A DNA stretch of 64,000 nt from an uncultured Alphaproteobacteria bacterium (GCA_934254915.1 CAKQMH010000003.1:25793-89792); one strand, 5' to 3'. Positions 49,091 through 59,975 are shown, counted from the first letter of the stretch. The notes: a model not told the origin generated them from the letters alone. Program-made: numbers and translations.

Positions 49091-49294
49091 TTAGCTGCGG
49101 CTGCGGTTTTTTATGTCTTTGAAAACCAGTTGGGCAAAAGACTTTTTGGCGGCATAAGTCATAAACAACGGTTCTTCCAGTTTGAGCGTGCCTAAGGTTT
49201 CTTCCAAAGCTTCAAAACTGGCATAAATTTTATTAATAAGCACAATGTTCTGCTCTATCGGGCTGTAAGTACGCGGTATCTGGAATCTGTCCAT
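49091..49294 (-). CDS. Hypothetical small protein
   Basis: 67-aa ORF convergent with cysS. No motifs. Weak. Confidence 0.2.
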   Translation of the reverse strand: MDRFQIPRTYSPIEQNIVLINKIYASFEALEETLGTLKLEEPLFMTYAAKKSFAQLVFKDIKNRSRS

Positions 49295-49440
49295 TGCAAA
49301 ATCCTCCGGTAGTTGATTATGTTTCGATGCTTTGATTTTAGGATATGAAACTACACCTGTACAGCCTAAATTTTAGGTAACTGTTACCGAAATTTAAGTG
49401 CACCTGCGGCTCTTGAAAGTTGTGAAATTTAATCTATATA

Positions 49441-50022
49441 TCAGGCTCTACCTGCAAATTCACTCAGACGTGTAATGTCAACGCCTATGGATTCAATTGC
49501 TTTTTGCCACTTTTCTTCATCTTTGGTCCGAAAGACCAATTCCTGATCAGCCGGTGCTACCAACCATGAATTATTGATAATTTCCTGTTCTAGTTGATTC
49601 GCTCCCCAACCGGCATATCCCAAAGCGATTAAGTTGTCATGCGGGCCGTTGCCGTAAGCAATGTCGGTCAGAATATCAACCGATGCCGAAATCGCGATGC
49701 CGTCGCCGATAACTATGCTGTCGCCTTTGGCATAATCGGTAGAGTGCAATACAAATCCTCTGACTTTATCCATCGGGCCGCCGCGATACAAATCCATCGG
49801 CATAATCGGTTGGTTTGTAACAATCGGCAATTGATTGGCCAAATCACTGAAGGAAAATTCTTTGATTTTTTTGTTGACGACAAACCCCATTGCTCCGTTG
49901 GCATTATGCGAACAAATATAGACTACGGAGCGCTCAAAGTTGCTGTCATCAAGACTTGGCGTCGATATTAAACATTTTCCGGTCAGATAATTTTCGTTAT
50001 TGTCACTCATCTTATTCATCAA
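49441..50022 (-). CDS. YqgE/AlgH-family protein (UPF0301)
   Basis: LTGKCLISTPSLDDSNFERSVVYICSHNANGAMGFVVNK is the YqgE/AlgH signature. Confidence 0.7.
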   Translation of the reverse strand: MMNKMSDNNENYLTGKCLISTPSLDDSNFERSVVYICSHNANGAMGFVVNKKIKEFSFSDLANQLPIVTNQPIMPMDLYRGGPMDKVRGFVLHSTDYAKGDSIVIGDGIAISASVDILTDIAYGNGPHDNLIALGYAGWGANQLEQEIINNSWLVAPADQELVFRTKDEEKWQKAIESIGVDITRLSEFAGRA

Positions 50023-50109
50023 TATCAGTTATATTTTTATACAATACTTGTATTCTATCATAATTTACGTTAATTTAAAATTATATTTTTTATCGGATTG
50101 CAAAAATAA

Positions 50110-52752
50110 ATGCTTCAAATTTTAAAAGCCATAATTATATCATTAAATTTGCTTTGCGTTTTTCCGGCCTTAGCACAGGAGGAAAAATCAACGGTTATTC
50201 TTGATCTGAAAGATTATCCGGATGACAAACCACGCGACTATTACCAACTCTATAAAGATTATATCGCCGACGTCCAATTTTATGATAAACGCTATCCGCA
50301 AGAGCAGATTGAAGAAGATTTTATTGATGACGTCAAGCAAGCTCATCCGGAATATTCGTTTGATACGGCTGCAGTTAATGAATATGCGATTCGTTTAGGG
50401 GTGCGCAGTTGGCGGATTTATAATAACATAAAGCAAAAAATTCAGGATTTTATGCTGGATAAGGATGTTCCGCCGCTTAAACCCAAAGCCAAAGATAATG
50501 TAAAATACCAATATCAGGATTATGGCGATAAGGCACTTATAATTACCGGCTTTGACAAACCGGAAATATCGCCGCAGGAACTGGAAGCTTATCAGCAAAA
50601 AATTCAACAGCGCGAAAAAATTAAACAGGCTGTTTTGGCCGGTGATTGGAAAACGGTTTTTTCTTACGCCTTTTTCGGAGGTAAGGAAATTGAAGATAAA
50701 CACGGGCAAAGCACGTGGAGCGGAACCAAGCAGGTTGAAATGCGATTACTCTCAGCCATAAAATCGCTTAAAGATGACACGGAAATACACGGCGGTTTAC
50801 AAATCTATATTCATCCTAACACTTTTCTGTTAAGCCGGGAGTTTTTGCAGTATGAGCCGCTTTTCTTGCATTTCGACAATTCTGATAATCTTGATGATAT
50901 AAAGCTTAATTGGCCTTTACCGCAGCGCTTGTTTGTTGAAGGCAATGCTTTGGTCGGTTATGCCGGTAATGTGGTGGTTCCTTTTACGGCCAAACTCAAA
51001 ACCGCAGGGCAGCCTGTAACTCTAATTGCGGAAATGGAAGCTGTTGCCTGCGCGGAAAATATTTGCCTGCCGCAAAAACTTAAATCCGAACTGTCACTGG
51101 CTGTCGGTGACGGTGCAAAGTCAAGGGTTGCCGGATTTTTGCAATTGGCAGACCTATATGCTCCGCATGCACAAAGTGAGGAGCTCGATTTTACGGCTTT
51201 GTATGTCGAAAATCCCGCTCTTCCCGATTCTAATCCGCGGTTAGTGGTTGAAATGGCTTATAAAGGCGATGCTTCTGATTTCGATATTTTTATTCAGGAT
51301 AATGATGGTTTGAAATTCGGCTGGCCGCTTACTCGTATTGAAGGCAATAAAATTGTCTCCAAATTTGAGGTCTTAAACGGCGGGAATGATTTGGTCGGAC
51401 ATAAATTTGAGCTGACCGCGCGTTTACGTCCAAATCTTTCAATCCGTCGTCAAATTGTTGCCGAGGCATCGTCACCACTCAGTACCGAAAATTCAGGCAT
51501 TACATTCGGTTTATTAATAATGGCGGCGGTTACCGGCTTACTGCTTAACTTTATTCCTTCCGTGCTGCCGTTTGCATTGCTGAAAATAATATCATTTGCC
51601 GGTTTGCCGAAAATCAACCGTACATCGCCGGTTCGGCGAGGCGCACTGTTTAATCTCGGAGGAATACTTTTTGCCGTTGCCGGTTTGGCAGTCATAATTT
51701 CATTTTTACAACACTATCATATTGTTTGGAGTTGGGGAACGCAGCTGCACAACGTGCTTTTTCTGGCTATGATGTTTTGGTTTTGGTTGTTTTTTATTTT
51801 CCAAACCGTGGGGCTGATAAATCTTAGACTCAACTTTATTTTTAACTTTTTTGCCCGTTTAAAGCTTACCCGTTCGGATATTATTGCTTGGGGGCAGGGT
51901 ATCGCAATTGTTATTACCTCAACCCTCATCAGCATTCCGTATCTGGAACGGCTGGTTAATACTATTGCCGTTTCGGCTGATATTACAATCACTTTAGCCA
52001 TTTTGTCCGCGATTGCATCGGGGTTGGCGATACCATACTTTATTTTAGCACTTAAACCCAATCTGTCAAAGTTGTTCAATTTCTCTCATAAATGGTGGTT
52101 GCAAATAAGAAAACTGCTTATTATCTGCCAGTTGTTTATGATCATTTGGCTTTTCCTGCTGCTTGCGGCAATATCCTCATTTTGGGGAACTGTATGGCTG
52201 GCCGCCGCTGCATTTTTGTGCCTGCTGGTCATAAATATTCGTGAGCAGGCGGTTAATTATATTCGTGATGATAAAGAGTTTACGGATGTCCGTACGCTGA
52301 CAATTTGGATACTTAATATTTTAGCTGTAATTGTTATAATGTCCGTTATCGCATTTTCGGTATGGTTTACTGCTCCGCAAACCGAAAAAACAGATGTTAC
52401 GGTTAATGATGCCGAAACCGATATTGTGGCTGAAGCGCAATATTGGGTAAAGCAAGGAAATATTGTTTTGGTAAAAGTGTCTTCTGATTGGTGTATGTTG
52501 TGTCATTATAATGATTTTGCCATATACAGCGGCGAACAAATTCAAGATTTTTATGATGATAATAAAGTTGTGGTTCGCGAATATAATCAATTTGAAGATA
52601 CTGCTCAGGTTATGTCGTTTATGGAGCGTTACGGTCGCATGACACTTCCGCTTTATGTCTTGTTTAGTCCTCATGTTCCCGAAGGTATGGTCTTGCCGCC
52701 TCTGGTGGTTGAAACCGGACTGCGTGAGATAATTCGCAATCAGCGTTCTTAA
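50110..52752 (+). CDS. dsbD: Thiol:disulfide interchange protein DsbD-like (long N-terminal periplasmic region, polytopic core, C-terminal thioredoxin-like CxxC)
   Basis: 880 aa. Signal peptide. Periplasmic region with C-x4-C (VACAENIC). About 8 or more TM helices. C-terminal LVKVSSDWCMLCHYND (WCxxC thioredoxin motif). Confidence 0.5.
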   Translation: MLQILKAIIISLNLLCVFPALAQEEKSTVILDLKDYPDDKPRDYYQLYKDYIADVQFYDKRYPQEQIEEDFIDDVKQAHPEYSFDTAAVNEYAIRLGVRSWRIYNNIKQKIQDFMLDKDVPPLKPKAKDNVKYQYQDYGDKALIITGFDKPEISPQELEAYQQKIQQREKIKQAVLAGDWKTVFSYAFFGGKEIEDKHGQSTWSGTKQVEMRLLSAIKSLKDDTEIHGGLQIYIHPNTFLLSREFLQYEPLFLHFDNSDNLDDIKLNWPLPQRLFVEGNALVGYAGNVVVPFTAKLKTAGQPVTLIAEMEAVACAENICLPQKLKSELSLAVGDGAKSRVAGFLQLADLYAPHAQSEELDFTALYVENPALPDSNPRLVVEMAYKGDASDFDIFIQDNDGLKFGWPLTRIEGNKIVSKFEVLNGGNDLVGHKFELTARLRPNLSIRRQIVAEASSPLSTENSGITFGLLIMAAVTGLLLNFIPSVLPFALLKIISFAGLPKINRTSPVRRGALFNLGGILFAVAGLAVIISFLQHYHIVWSWGTQLHNVLFLAMMFWFWLFFIFQTVGLINLRLNFIFNFFARLKLTRSDIIAWGQGIAIVITSTLISIPYLERLVNTIAVSADITITLAILSAIASGLAIPYFILALKPNLSKLFNFSHKWWLQIRKLLIICQLFMIIWLFLLLAAISSFWGTVWLAAAAFLCLLVINIREQAVNYIRDDKEFTDVRTLTIWILNILAVIVIMSVIAFSVWFTAPQTEKTDVTVNDAETDIVAEAQYWVKQGNIVLVKVSSDWCMLCHYNDFAIYSGEQIQDFYDDNKVVVREYNQFEDTAQVMSFMERYGRMTLPLYVLFSPHVPEGMVLPPLVVETGLREIIRNQRS

Positions 52753-53471
52753 TTGTGTTTATCAAAACTGAAAGCGTCAACCCATTTTCTCCACAGTTTG
52801 GGTTCTTCTTTTTTCAGCTCGGCGCAGATGTTTTTGCCCAATCCTTTGGCTTTTGCGGTTTTATATAACTCCGGTTCTTGTCGGTTTATATTTTCAATTT
52901 TTATACCGAAAAATCCGGCTTTGGCGTATGGCAACTGCGAAAGGTTTATTTTTCCTTCATAATAGCAAAGAACTTTGTCTGCATAAACCATATTAAAATT
53001 TGGCAAATTTGCCAGATTAGGTATTCGAAACATGCCTTTTATCAAAAATTTATTTTCTTTGCGTATGGCTTCGCAGGCGTTGTGTTTTATATATTCTTCG
53101 GTATTTTTAGGGGAGAGGGAGGTTTTTACACCGTGTCTGGTGCAGGGGAGATAGGTATATTTGCTTATCATTCCGTCTTGGACGGTGGCGGAGCTTATTT
53201 CAATGTCGCTCCAGTCAAGTCCGCTTTTCACTCGATCGTCAATCAGAAGATGCCCGTCGAAGCGAAGTTTGCCGTCAACCGCTTTGCGGACGGTTGAAAA
53301 TTTGATTTCTCCGCGTTCTATCAAAAATTTAAGATATTCTTCTTTGGTTTCAAACGGGAGAGAATCGGCCGTGTTATCATTCCGGTTAAGTGTTTGTAAG
53401 ACAGGAGGGTTAATTCCTGCAGAATTCTTAGTGACTTCTGTCGGTAGAATTCTTGTTCTCTTGTAATCCAT
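52749..53471 (-). CDS. Hypothetical protein
   Basis: 240 aa, no recognisable family. Moderately AT-rich. Confidence 0.3.
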   Translation of the reverse strand: MDYKRTRILPTEVTKNSAGINPPVLQTLNRNDNTADSLPFETKEEYLKFLIERGEIKFSTVRKAVDGKLRFDGHLLIDDRVKSGLDWSDIEISSATVQDGMISKYTYLPCTRHGVKTSLSPKNTEEYIKHNACEAIRKENKFLIKGMFRIPNLANLPNFNMVYADKVLCYYEGKINLSQLPYAKAGFFGIKIENINRQEPELYKTAKAKGLGKNICAELKKEEPKLWRKWVDAFSFDKHN

Positions 53472-53549
53472 GTGTTCACCATAATATACAGTTTATCCAA
53501 AACTAGACAAACTGTAACATATTATGTCTATAAATGCAAGTGGAATTTC

Positions 53550-53999
53550 TTAACTTTTTATTAATAAATGCTTTTTAGCTTCTTCACGAGCTAATTTATC
53601 ACAACGTTCATTTTCCGGATGACCGTTGTGTCCCTTGACCCAGACCCATTTTATTTGGTGCTTTGACAACAAAGAATCAAGCTCTTGCCAAAGCTCTAAA
53701 TTTTTTACGGCCGACTTTTTGTTTGTCGTCCGCCAGTTGTTTTGCTTCCAGTTCGGCAACCATTGTAATACTCCGTCCATAACATAACGGCTGTCGGTGC
53801 AAAGCACAATATCGCAAGGGCGTTTCAAAGCCTTGAGCGACTCGATAACAGCGGTTAGTTCCATGCGGTTATTGGTGGTCATATCCTCGCCGCCGGCAAG
53901 TTCGCGTTCGGTTGTTCCGTAGCGCAGAATAGCTCCCCAGCCACCGGCTCCGGGGTTTCCCGAACACGCTCCGTCAGTAAAAATCTCTACTACTGCCAT
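53550..53999 (-). CDS. rnhA: Ribonuclease HI
   Basis: [22 protein letters not shown]...ELTAVIESL...LCTDSRYV...[18 protein letters not shown] contains the DEDD catalytic residues. Confidence 0.9.
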   Translation of the reverse strand: MAVVEIFTDGACSGNPGAGGWGAILRYGTTERELAGGEDMTTNNRMELTAVIESLKALKRPCDIVLCTDSRYVMDGVLQWLPNWKQNNWRTTNKKSAVKNLELWQELDSLLSKHQIKWVWVKGHNGHPENERCDKLAREEAKKHLLIKS

Positions 54000-55066
54000 T
54001 AGTTTTCACCGATAAAGTAATCATTAAAAAATTCGTTGAGCAAAGTGCTGTTGTCATCTTCATTGCGGATAACTTTGGCGACAAACGAACGTAATTTGTT
54101 TTTGGGAATATTAATGCGAAAATCGCGCGGCGCAGCTTGATCAGCTCCGATAACACCTTCCAGATTAAAATCGTTTTCAATATAAGGCGATAAAATTATT
54201 TCAGCCGTGCAGAATCTTAAAATACCGCGCGGTGGCAAGCGCAATTCCGGTTTGGTAATCAGGTTAAGCTGTCCTTCCACTGCCGGAATCGCATCCATTT
54301 GATTATAGTTTAAAAAGCGCACTTTGTTATATTCGCTGCCGGTATCATCAATATGGCAGGAAAGATAAAGTTCGCGGGCAATGACATTGCTGTCGTTTTG
54401 CGCTTGAAAATTAAAACTTATTTTAACGTATTCTTCAGGCGGATTATCAATGCTTTTGGGATAGAGAATATCTTCATCAATATTTTTCAGGGCTTCAATT
54501 TTACGATTGCCAAGCAATAATTCTACATTAGGCTGCGGCTTGCGACCGAACATTCCCGCAATTACGGCATAAGGCGCCGGCACATTATTTGAGCCGGAGC
54601 GGATGTAAATGGAGCTGTTGGTGGTTGTCATTAACGGAGCAATTTCGCATTTGGGAATATAGGTGGCAATAAAACCGTCACCGTTTTGGTCACAGCTGAT
54701 TATATGATTGCGAACTTTATTATGGCTTGGAATTGTACAGCCGGAAATAGCATTTTCCAACCAGCTGAGGAAGCGATGAACATTTTTGACTTTTACTTTG
54801 GCGCGGGCAACATCGCCGATTTCAATATCGCGAGAACATTCTACGCCCCAAATTACCACCCCGCCTTCGGAGTTTCCGAACCCCGAAATGGCTTTAGCCA
54901 GATTTTTGCGGTCATCACGGTGCAACGTGGTAAAATTTTTGCCCACTGAAACCGCTTGTTTAAAATCCAAAAACAATTCTTCGGTTTGTTGGTTGATGAT
55001 AAACTCATCAATCGCGTCTTCACCAAAATAAATCAGCTTTTGAAATATATCTTCCGCCCGTGACAT
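53999..55066 (-). CDS. AlbA_2 / Schlafen-like divergent-AAA domain protein (putative nucleic-acid binding)
   Basis: [47 protein letters not shown] follows the AlbA_2 (PF04326-type) pattern E..E.K......i.AfaN..GG.i..GV. Its stop overlaps the rnhA start (TAATG). Confidence 0.45.
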   Translation of the reverse strand: MSRAEDIFQKLIYFGEDAIDEFIINQQTEELFLDFKQAVSVGKNFTTLHRDDRKNLAKAISGFGNSEGGVVIWGVECSRDIEIGDVARAKVKVKNVHRFLSWLENAISGCTIPSHNKVRNHIISCDQNGDGFIATYIPKCEIAPLMTTTNSSIYIRSGSNNVPAPYAVIAGMFGRKPQPNVELLLGNRKIEALKNIDEDILYPKSIDNPPEEYVKISFNFQAQNDSNVIARELYLSCHIDDTGSEYNKVRFLNYNQMDAIPAVEGQLNLITKPELRLPPRGILRFCTAEIILSPYIENDFNLEGVIGADQAAPRDFRINIPKNKLRSFVAKVIRNEDDNSTLLNEFFNDYFIGEN

Positions 55067-55086
55067 AACCTGTAATCTCCCGTTGC

Positions 55087-56013
55087 TTAAGATTTAAATT
55101 CGACTTTTTCTACTGCCACTATAACATCTTGAATCTTAAGATTTGCATAATCTTCTTGCAATTTATTCTTAACTTCTTCAACTAGATATTCAGGAGCAGA
55201 AGCACCGGCGCTCAATCCGATATTTTGGCATGATGCCGCTTCTGCAATCGGTAGTTGGCTGACATCGTCAATCAACCAGGCCTTAGCCGCTCCGTTTTGC
55301 AAAGCTGTTTGTTGCAGCTGTTTGGAGTTGGAAGAATTTTGTGAGCCGACAATAATAATCCCGTCACAAATACCGGCCAATTCTTTCACAGCGGCTTGTC
55401 GATGCGTGGTCGCATAGCAAATATCATTTTTGTCAGCCGTAATCAGGTCGGGATATTTTTGTTTGATTTGGTCGATGATATTTTGGGTCTTGTCAACCGC
55501 CAGTGTCGTTTGCGTGACTACGCCGATATTTCGGTCTTGCGGCAGATTCAGATTTTGTACGTCGCTGACAGAGTTAATAATATGGATTTGTCCGTGATCG
55601 GCGATTTGTCCGATTGTTCCGGTAATCTCCGGATGTTCTTTTTTGCCGATAACGATAATGTCGGCATTTTGCTTTTCCAGTTTTTGGATTTGCTGATGTA
55701 CCCGTGCGACCAGCGGACAAGTCGCATCAATCAATTTCAAATTAAGCTGCTGCGCTTTTTCATAAACTTCCAATCCCGCGCCATGTGCCGAAATAATAAC
55801 CGGTTTGCTCTTGTCAGTTACTTCATCAAGATTATTGATAAAAATAACGCCTTTTTGCCGCAAGTTTTCCACTACATGCTTATTATGCACGATTTCATGG
55901 CGTACATAAATCGGAGCGCCATATTGTGCAAGTGTCTTTTCCACCAAAGAAATTGCTCTGGTAACGCCGGCGCAAAATCCGCGGGGAACTGCCATATATA
56001 ACGTGTCAGGCAT
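55087..56013 (-). CDS. ispH: 4-hydroxy-3-methylbut-2-enyl diphosphate reductase
   Basis: PRGFCAGV, conserved Cys at the start of each of the three IspH repeats, and NDICYATTHRQ. Confidence 0.9.
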   Translation of the reverse strand: MPDTLYMAVPRGFCAGVTRAISLVEKTLAQYGAPIYVRHEIVHNKHVVENLRQKGVIFINNLDEVTDKSKPVIISAHGAGLEVYEKAQQLNLKLIDATCPLVARVHQQIQKLEKQNADIIVIGKKEHPEITGTIGQIADHGQIHIINSVSDVQNLNLPQDRNIGVVTQTTLAVDKTQNIIDQIKQKYPDLITADKNDICYATTHRQAAVKELAGICDGIIIVGSQNSSNSKQLQQTALQNGAAKAWLIDDVSQLPIAEAASCQNIGLSAGASAPEYLVEEVKNKLQEDYANLKIQDVIVAVEKVEFKS

Positions 56014-56019
56014 TGTTTT

Positions 56020-57303
56020 CTAAGCCTTTAACATCTGCTGCAGCTTATCATAATCCAGATGCTCGGATACTGCTCCGAGCAAGGCATAAGTCGGCTTGGA
56101 GGCAAAAATTTGCTGTGCGGTTTTAAGAATATCATCTAAGGTTACTTTTTCAATTCGTTCAACCATTTCATCAGTCGGGATAATGCGGTTAAAAATAAGC
56201 ATTTGCCGCGCTAAAATTTCCGTCGTCGACGACGAGCTTTCCAAAGACATCAACATACTGGCTTTGAGTTGGGATTTGGCGCGCAGCAACTCTTTTTCCG
56301 CTACTTTTTCGGAACAAATTTTTTTGATTTCATCAACCACTACCGGCATCATTTTTACCACATCTTTCGAACTTGTGCCTGCATAGATACCGAACATTCC
56401 GGTTTGGCTGTGTGAGGAGGTAAAACTGTATACCGAATAAACCAAGCCGCGCTTTTCTCTTATTTCCTGAAACAGACGGGAAGACATACCGCCGCCGAAT
56501 AAGGTCGAGAGTAATATACTGGGGTAATAGCTCTCGGTTTCGTATTTAAATCCTTTAAAGCCCAAAACAACATGTGCTTGCTCAATGTCGCGTTTTTCCA
56601 AATAAAATCCGCCTTCATAATGTTGAGGCGCAATTTCAAAATGCGTATGCGGCTGCAGTCCCGACATTCTGTTGCTGACCATTTTCACAAACTCCTGATG
56701 AGTAATGTTGCCGACGGCGCATACCGCCATATTTTCAGCGGCATAATTACTTTTCAGATAACTTTGCAGGCTTTCTTTGGTAAAACCGCGTACCAACTGC
56801 TTAGGACCTAAAATCGTGCGTCCGATTGGTTGGTTAGGAAAAGCTGCTTCCTGAAAATAATCAAAAACAATATCATCCGGCGTGTCGATGGTTTGTTTTA
56901 TCTCCTGAACTACAACTTCACGTTCCTTGGCCAACTCATCTTCGGGGAAAGTAGAATTTTGCAGGGTATCTGCCAAAACATCAATCGCCAGTTCGACATC
57001 ATTTTTCAGCATTTTGGCATAAAAAGCAGTGAATTCTCGTGAGGTATAGGCATTGACCTGACCGCCTTTGTCTTCAATCTCTTCCGAAATTTGCAAAGCG
57101 GTCCGTTTTTTTGTCCCCTTAAAAGCCATATGTTCCAAAAAGTGGGAAATACCATTCATATTTTCCTTCTCATATGCCGAACCGGTTTTGACCCATATTC
57201 CTAGAGAAACGGTTTCAATTTCGGGACGAGAAGAAGTAATAATCCGTAATCCGTTAGCTAAAGTCGTAATTTCTGAGCGCATATTTATTTCACCATATTG
57301 CAA
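56020..57303 (-). CDS. M16-family zinc peptidase (pitrilysin-like)
   Basis: HFLEHMAFKGT inverted zinc-binding motif (HxxEH) plus downstream E. Confidence 0.8.
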   Translation of the reverse strand: MQYGEINMRSEITTLANGLRIITSSRPEIETVSLGIWVKTGSAYEKENMNGISHFLEHMAFKGTKKRTALQISEEIEDKGGQVNAYTSREFTAFYAKMLKNDVELAIDVLADTLQNSTFPEDELAKEREVVVQEIKQTIDTPDDIVFDYFQEAAFPNQPIGRTILGPKQLVRGFTKESLQSYLKSNYAAENMAVCAVGNITHQEFVKMVSNRMSGLQPHTHFEIAPQHYEGGFYLEKRDIEQAHVVLGFKGFKYETESYYPSILLSTLFGGGMSSRLFQEIREKRGLVYSVYSFTSSHSQTGMFGIYAGTSSKDVVKMMPVVVDEIKKICSEKVAEKELLRAKSQLKASMLMSLESSSSTTEILARQMLIFNRIIPTDEMVERIEKVTLDDILKTAQQIFASKPTYALLGAVSEHLDYDKLQQMLKA

Positions 57304-57369
57304 ATTATATAATTCAACTGTATGTTTTGAATGTTACATCATAAAAAATAAATAGGGAAGTTATAAAAA

Positions 57370-58056
57370 ATGGATACTAACACACCTCGTTTTGCAATTG
57401 TGCTTTCCGGCTGCGGCGTTTTTGACGGTTCTGAAATCCATGAGGCCGTTTGCACCATGTTGGCGGTTGAACAAACCGGCTGTACCTATCAATGTTTTGC
57501 GCCCAATACCTGGCAGGCTCGCACGATTGACCATTTCACCGGTCATGCGGTTGCCATTGCCGGAGATGAAGACAATCGCAATGTGCTGGCCGAGTCTGCT
57601 CGTATTGCCCGCGGAAACATCAAAGATTTGCAGGAGTTCAAAGCTCAGAATTTTGATGCGATTTTATTTCCCGGCGGTTTTGGCGCGGCGCTTAACTGGA
57701 GTGACTTTGCCGTTAACGGTGCTGAATGTGAAGTTAATGTCGAAGTCAAACGAGCAATTGAAGAAAGCTATGAGCAGGGGCTGGTAATCGGTGCAATGTG
57801 TATTGCTCCGGTTGTAATAGCCCGTGTTTTGGGTAAAAACGGCATCAAAGTTACAATCGGCAATGATCCTAAAGTTGCAGCTGGACTGACTAAAATGGGC
57901 GCACAGCCGCAAAAATGTCTAGCTACGGAAGTCTGTGTTGATGAAGACAATAAAATTTGCACTACTCCGTGTTATATGCTGGCGACTTCAGTTAAAGAAA
58001 TCGGAGAAGCTACCCGCAATCTTATTGATGAAATGCTTGAACTGATAGATTATTAG
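57370..58056 (+). CDS. elbB: DJ-1/PfpI-family isoprenoid biosynthesis protein ElbB
   Basis: RFAIVLSGCGVFDGSEIHEAV...GAMCIAP is typical of ElbB/ES1. Confidence 0.7.
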   Translation: MDTNTPRFAIVLSGCGVFDGSEIHEAVCTMLAVEQTGCTYQCFAPNTWQARTIDHFTGHAVAIAGDEDNRNVLAESARIARGNIKDLQEFKAQNFDAILFPGGFGAALNWSDFAVNGAECEVNVEVKRAIEESYEQGLVIGAMCIAPVVIARVLGKNGIKVTIGNDPKVAAGLTKMGAQPQKCLATEVCVDEDNKICTTPCYMLATSVKEIGEATRNLIDEMLELIDY

Positions 58057-59123
58057 TTTTTAGTAGCCGCTTTAACCGCCCGCACCGCTGATTGCAGCGC
58101 TGTTTCAATACAGCACGGGCGGTTTTTCATTGTCCAATCACCGGCAATAAACAAATTAGGATATGTTGTGCAGGCATTAGGCGGACGCTTGTCATTATTG
58201 GCCGCATCTTGCTTTATGGTCGCATATTTGTGATTAAGCGCTTTGAACGATGGAACAAAAGCCGAATTAACTCCGCGCAGGGTGTCCAATTGATGCCAGA
58301 TTTGGCGTGCCAGTTGCTCAATATCACCGACATTGCCGGCGTTCGAAATTGTCACTGCTACCATTTTGTCGTAGCAAAATATCCAATCGCACAAACCACC
58401 GGCTACTCCGGCAAAGGAGGTTTGTTTAGGCAGATTAATGCGTTGGGACGTCTTGTAAAAGATATTGATGATGTTATTAAATTCAAATTGCGGCAAACCT
58501 AAAAACTGCGCCGCATTGTGAGCATCCAGCGCCAAAATTATTTTATCATTTGCTCCGATTTCGACCTCCTGATTGTTGAAAGTCAGCTGTGCGATTCGTC
58601 CGATTTGCGTATCCAATTTCACAAGCCTGCTGTTCAGGTGTATTTCATCAGCGTAAGCCAGTAGCGGATTTATAAAACGTTGGGTCAAATCTTGTGCCGA
58701 AAAATAAATTTGCCGTTGTTTTGGTCCCCAGGGAAACAGTTGCCAAAAAATATTTTTTATAATCGGTTGGGCTATTTCCGGTGTTGCGGTGTTGCACATG
58801 GCACGTAAAATTTCCGCCCGATATTTTTTGTACTCCGCCGTAAATTCATCAGCTTTGACATCCCAAAACCAACAGCTCTTGTTCCATTTTTGCGGTGCCA
58901 TCAGTTTAGCCGCCAATTTGTTGCCGCCGACTATTACATGCGTGGCGTTGTCTAATCTCATGTTCAAATCTTTATCATCATAAGAGTAACAGCGCCCGCC
59001 GGCTTTACCGGAGGCTTCATAAATTATTGTTCGATTAAGCTGATTTTGTTCTTTCAGTAATCTGGCGCAATAAAGTCCGGCAGCTCCGGCTCCGATAATA
59101 TGATATGTCACGGCTTTTGACAC
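58053..59123 (-). CDS. hpnE: FAD-dependent hydroxysqualene dehydroxylase (amine-oxidase fold)
   Basis: N-terminal dinucleotide fold YHIIGAGAAGLYCARLL. Position immediately downstream of hpnC-hpnD. Confidence 0.65.
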   Translation of the reverse strand: MSKAVTYHIIGAGAAGLYCARLLKEQNQLNRTIIYEASGKAGGRCYSYDDKDLNMRLDNATHVIVGGNKLAAKLMAPQKWNKSCWFWDVKADEFTAEYKKYRAEILRAMCNTATPEIAQPIIKNIFWQLFPWGPKQRQIYFSAQDLTQRFINPLLAYADEIHLNSRLVKLDTQIGRIAQLTFNNQEVEIGANDKIILALDAHNAAQFLGLPQFEFNNIINIFYKTSQRINLPKQTSFAGVAGGLCDWIFCYDKMVAVTISNAGNVGDIEQLARQIWHQLDTLRGVNSAFVPSFKALNHKYATIKQDAANNDKRPPNACTTYPNLFIAGDWTMKNRPCCIETALQSAVRAVKAATKN

Positions 59124-59126
59124 GAA

Positions 59127-59975
59127 CTATTTCCCTATAAAAGCTTTAAGCGCCAAACACATTTTCATAAATTTGCCGATATGCGGCTTCGGCGAGATAA
59201 TTTCCCACCCGCGGTTTTGCATAATGTCAAAATAGCGTTTATAAATGTAAGTCATGGCTTTTACCGGCCGCGATGCTTTTTTATCCAGTTTTTTTATCAA
59301 CTTAAAAGCTTCGGTATAATCTTTGTCGGCAATACGCGCCAGTTCCTCACGGGCAATCGCCAGATTTTTGTCAACGACCACTTCTTCCGGATTAGTCGAA
59401 CTGATTCCGGCTTTAAGCAAAAATTCTTTCGGAATATATAACCGATTATCCTGCGCATCTTCTTTAACATCGCGCAAAATATTGGTGATTTGCAGGGCAT
59501 TTCCTAAAGAGGTTGCCAAACTTTCAATCAGTTTGGGATCTTCGCATCCGAAAATTCGTAAAGACAAGCTTCCCGGCACTCCGGCCACGCCGCGGCAATA
59601 TTGATTAAAAGTATCCAAATCCGGAGCTTGCAGCGGGTTGGGAATATCCATGGAAATGCTGTCAATCAGTTTTAAAAACTCTTCTTTGGGAAGCTTAAAA
59701 CGCATACAGTTCTTATAAATCCGGCGTCCGATATCGGTTTGCGGCAGTTTTTTATCATAAATATTATCAATTTCTTCCCGCCAGGCGTTGATTAAATCCA
59801 ACTTTTCCTCAACCATGGTATCGCCGTCGACAATATCGTCAATATGTCTGAGAAAAGCATAAATCGTATACATGGCATTTCTTTTGGCGCGAGGCAGTAA
59901 TCTCATACTCCAAAAAAATGACGTGCCGGACTTTTTGACCATGCGTTGAATGTTATTTGCTAGTGCTTTTGCCAT
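59127..59975 (-). CDS. hpnD: Presqualene diphosphate synthase (squalene/phytoene synthase family)
   Basis: SFFWSMRLLP...YAFLRHIDDIVD (first Asp-rich motif) ... YCRGVAGVPG ... RDVKEDAQDNRLYIP (second Asp-rich motif). Confidence 0.7.
   Translation of the reverse strand: MAKALANNIQRMVKKSGTSFFWSMRLLPRAKRNAMYTIYAFLRHIDDIVDGDTMVEEKLDLINAWREEIDNIYDKKLPQTDIGRRIYKNCMRFKLPKEEFLKLIDSISMDIPNPLQAPDLDTFNQYCRGVAGVPGSLSLRIFGCEDPKLIESLATSLGNALQITNILRDVKEDAQDNRLYIPKEFLLKAGISSTNPEEVVVDKNLAIAREELARIADKDYTEAFKLIKKLDKKASRPVKAMTYIYKRYFDIMQNRGWEIISPKPHIGKFMKMCLALKAFIGK

Noticed and set aside
49091-49294. Possibility that the 67-aa ORF after cysS is a toxin or antitoxin
   Set aside because: There is no partner gene, no recognisable fold motif, and a weak start context. 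It is kept only as a low-confidence CDS.
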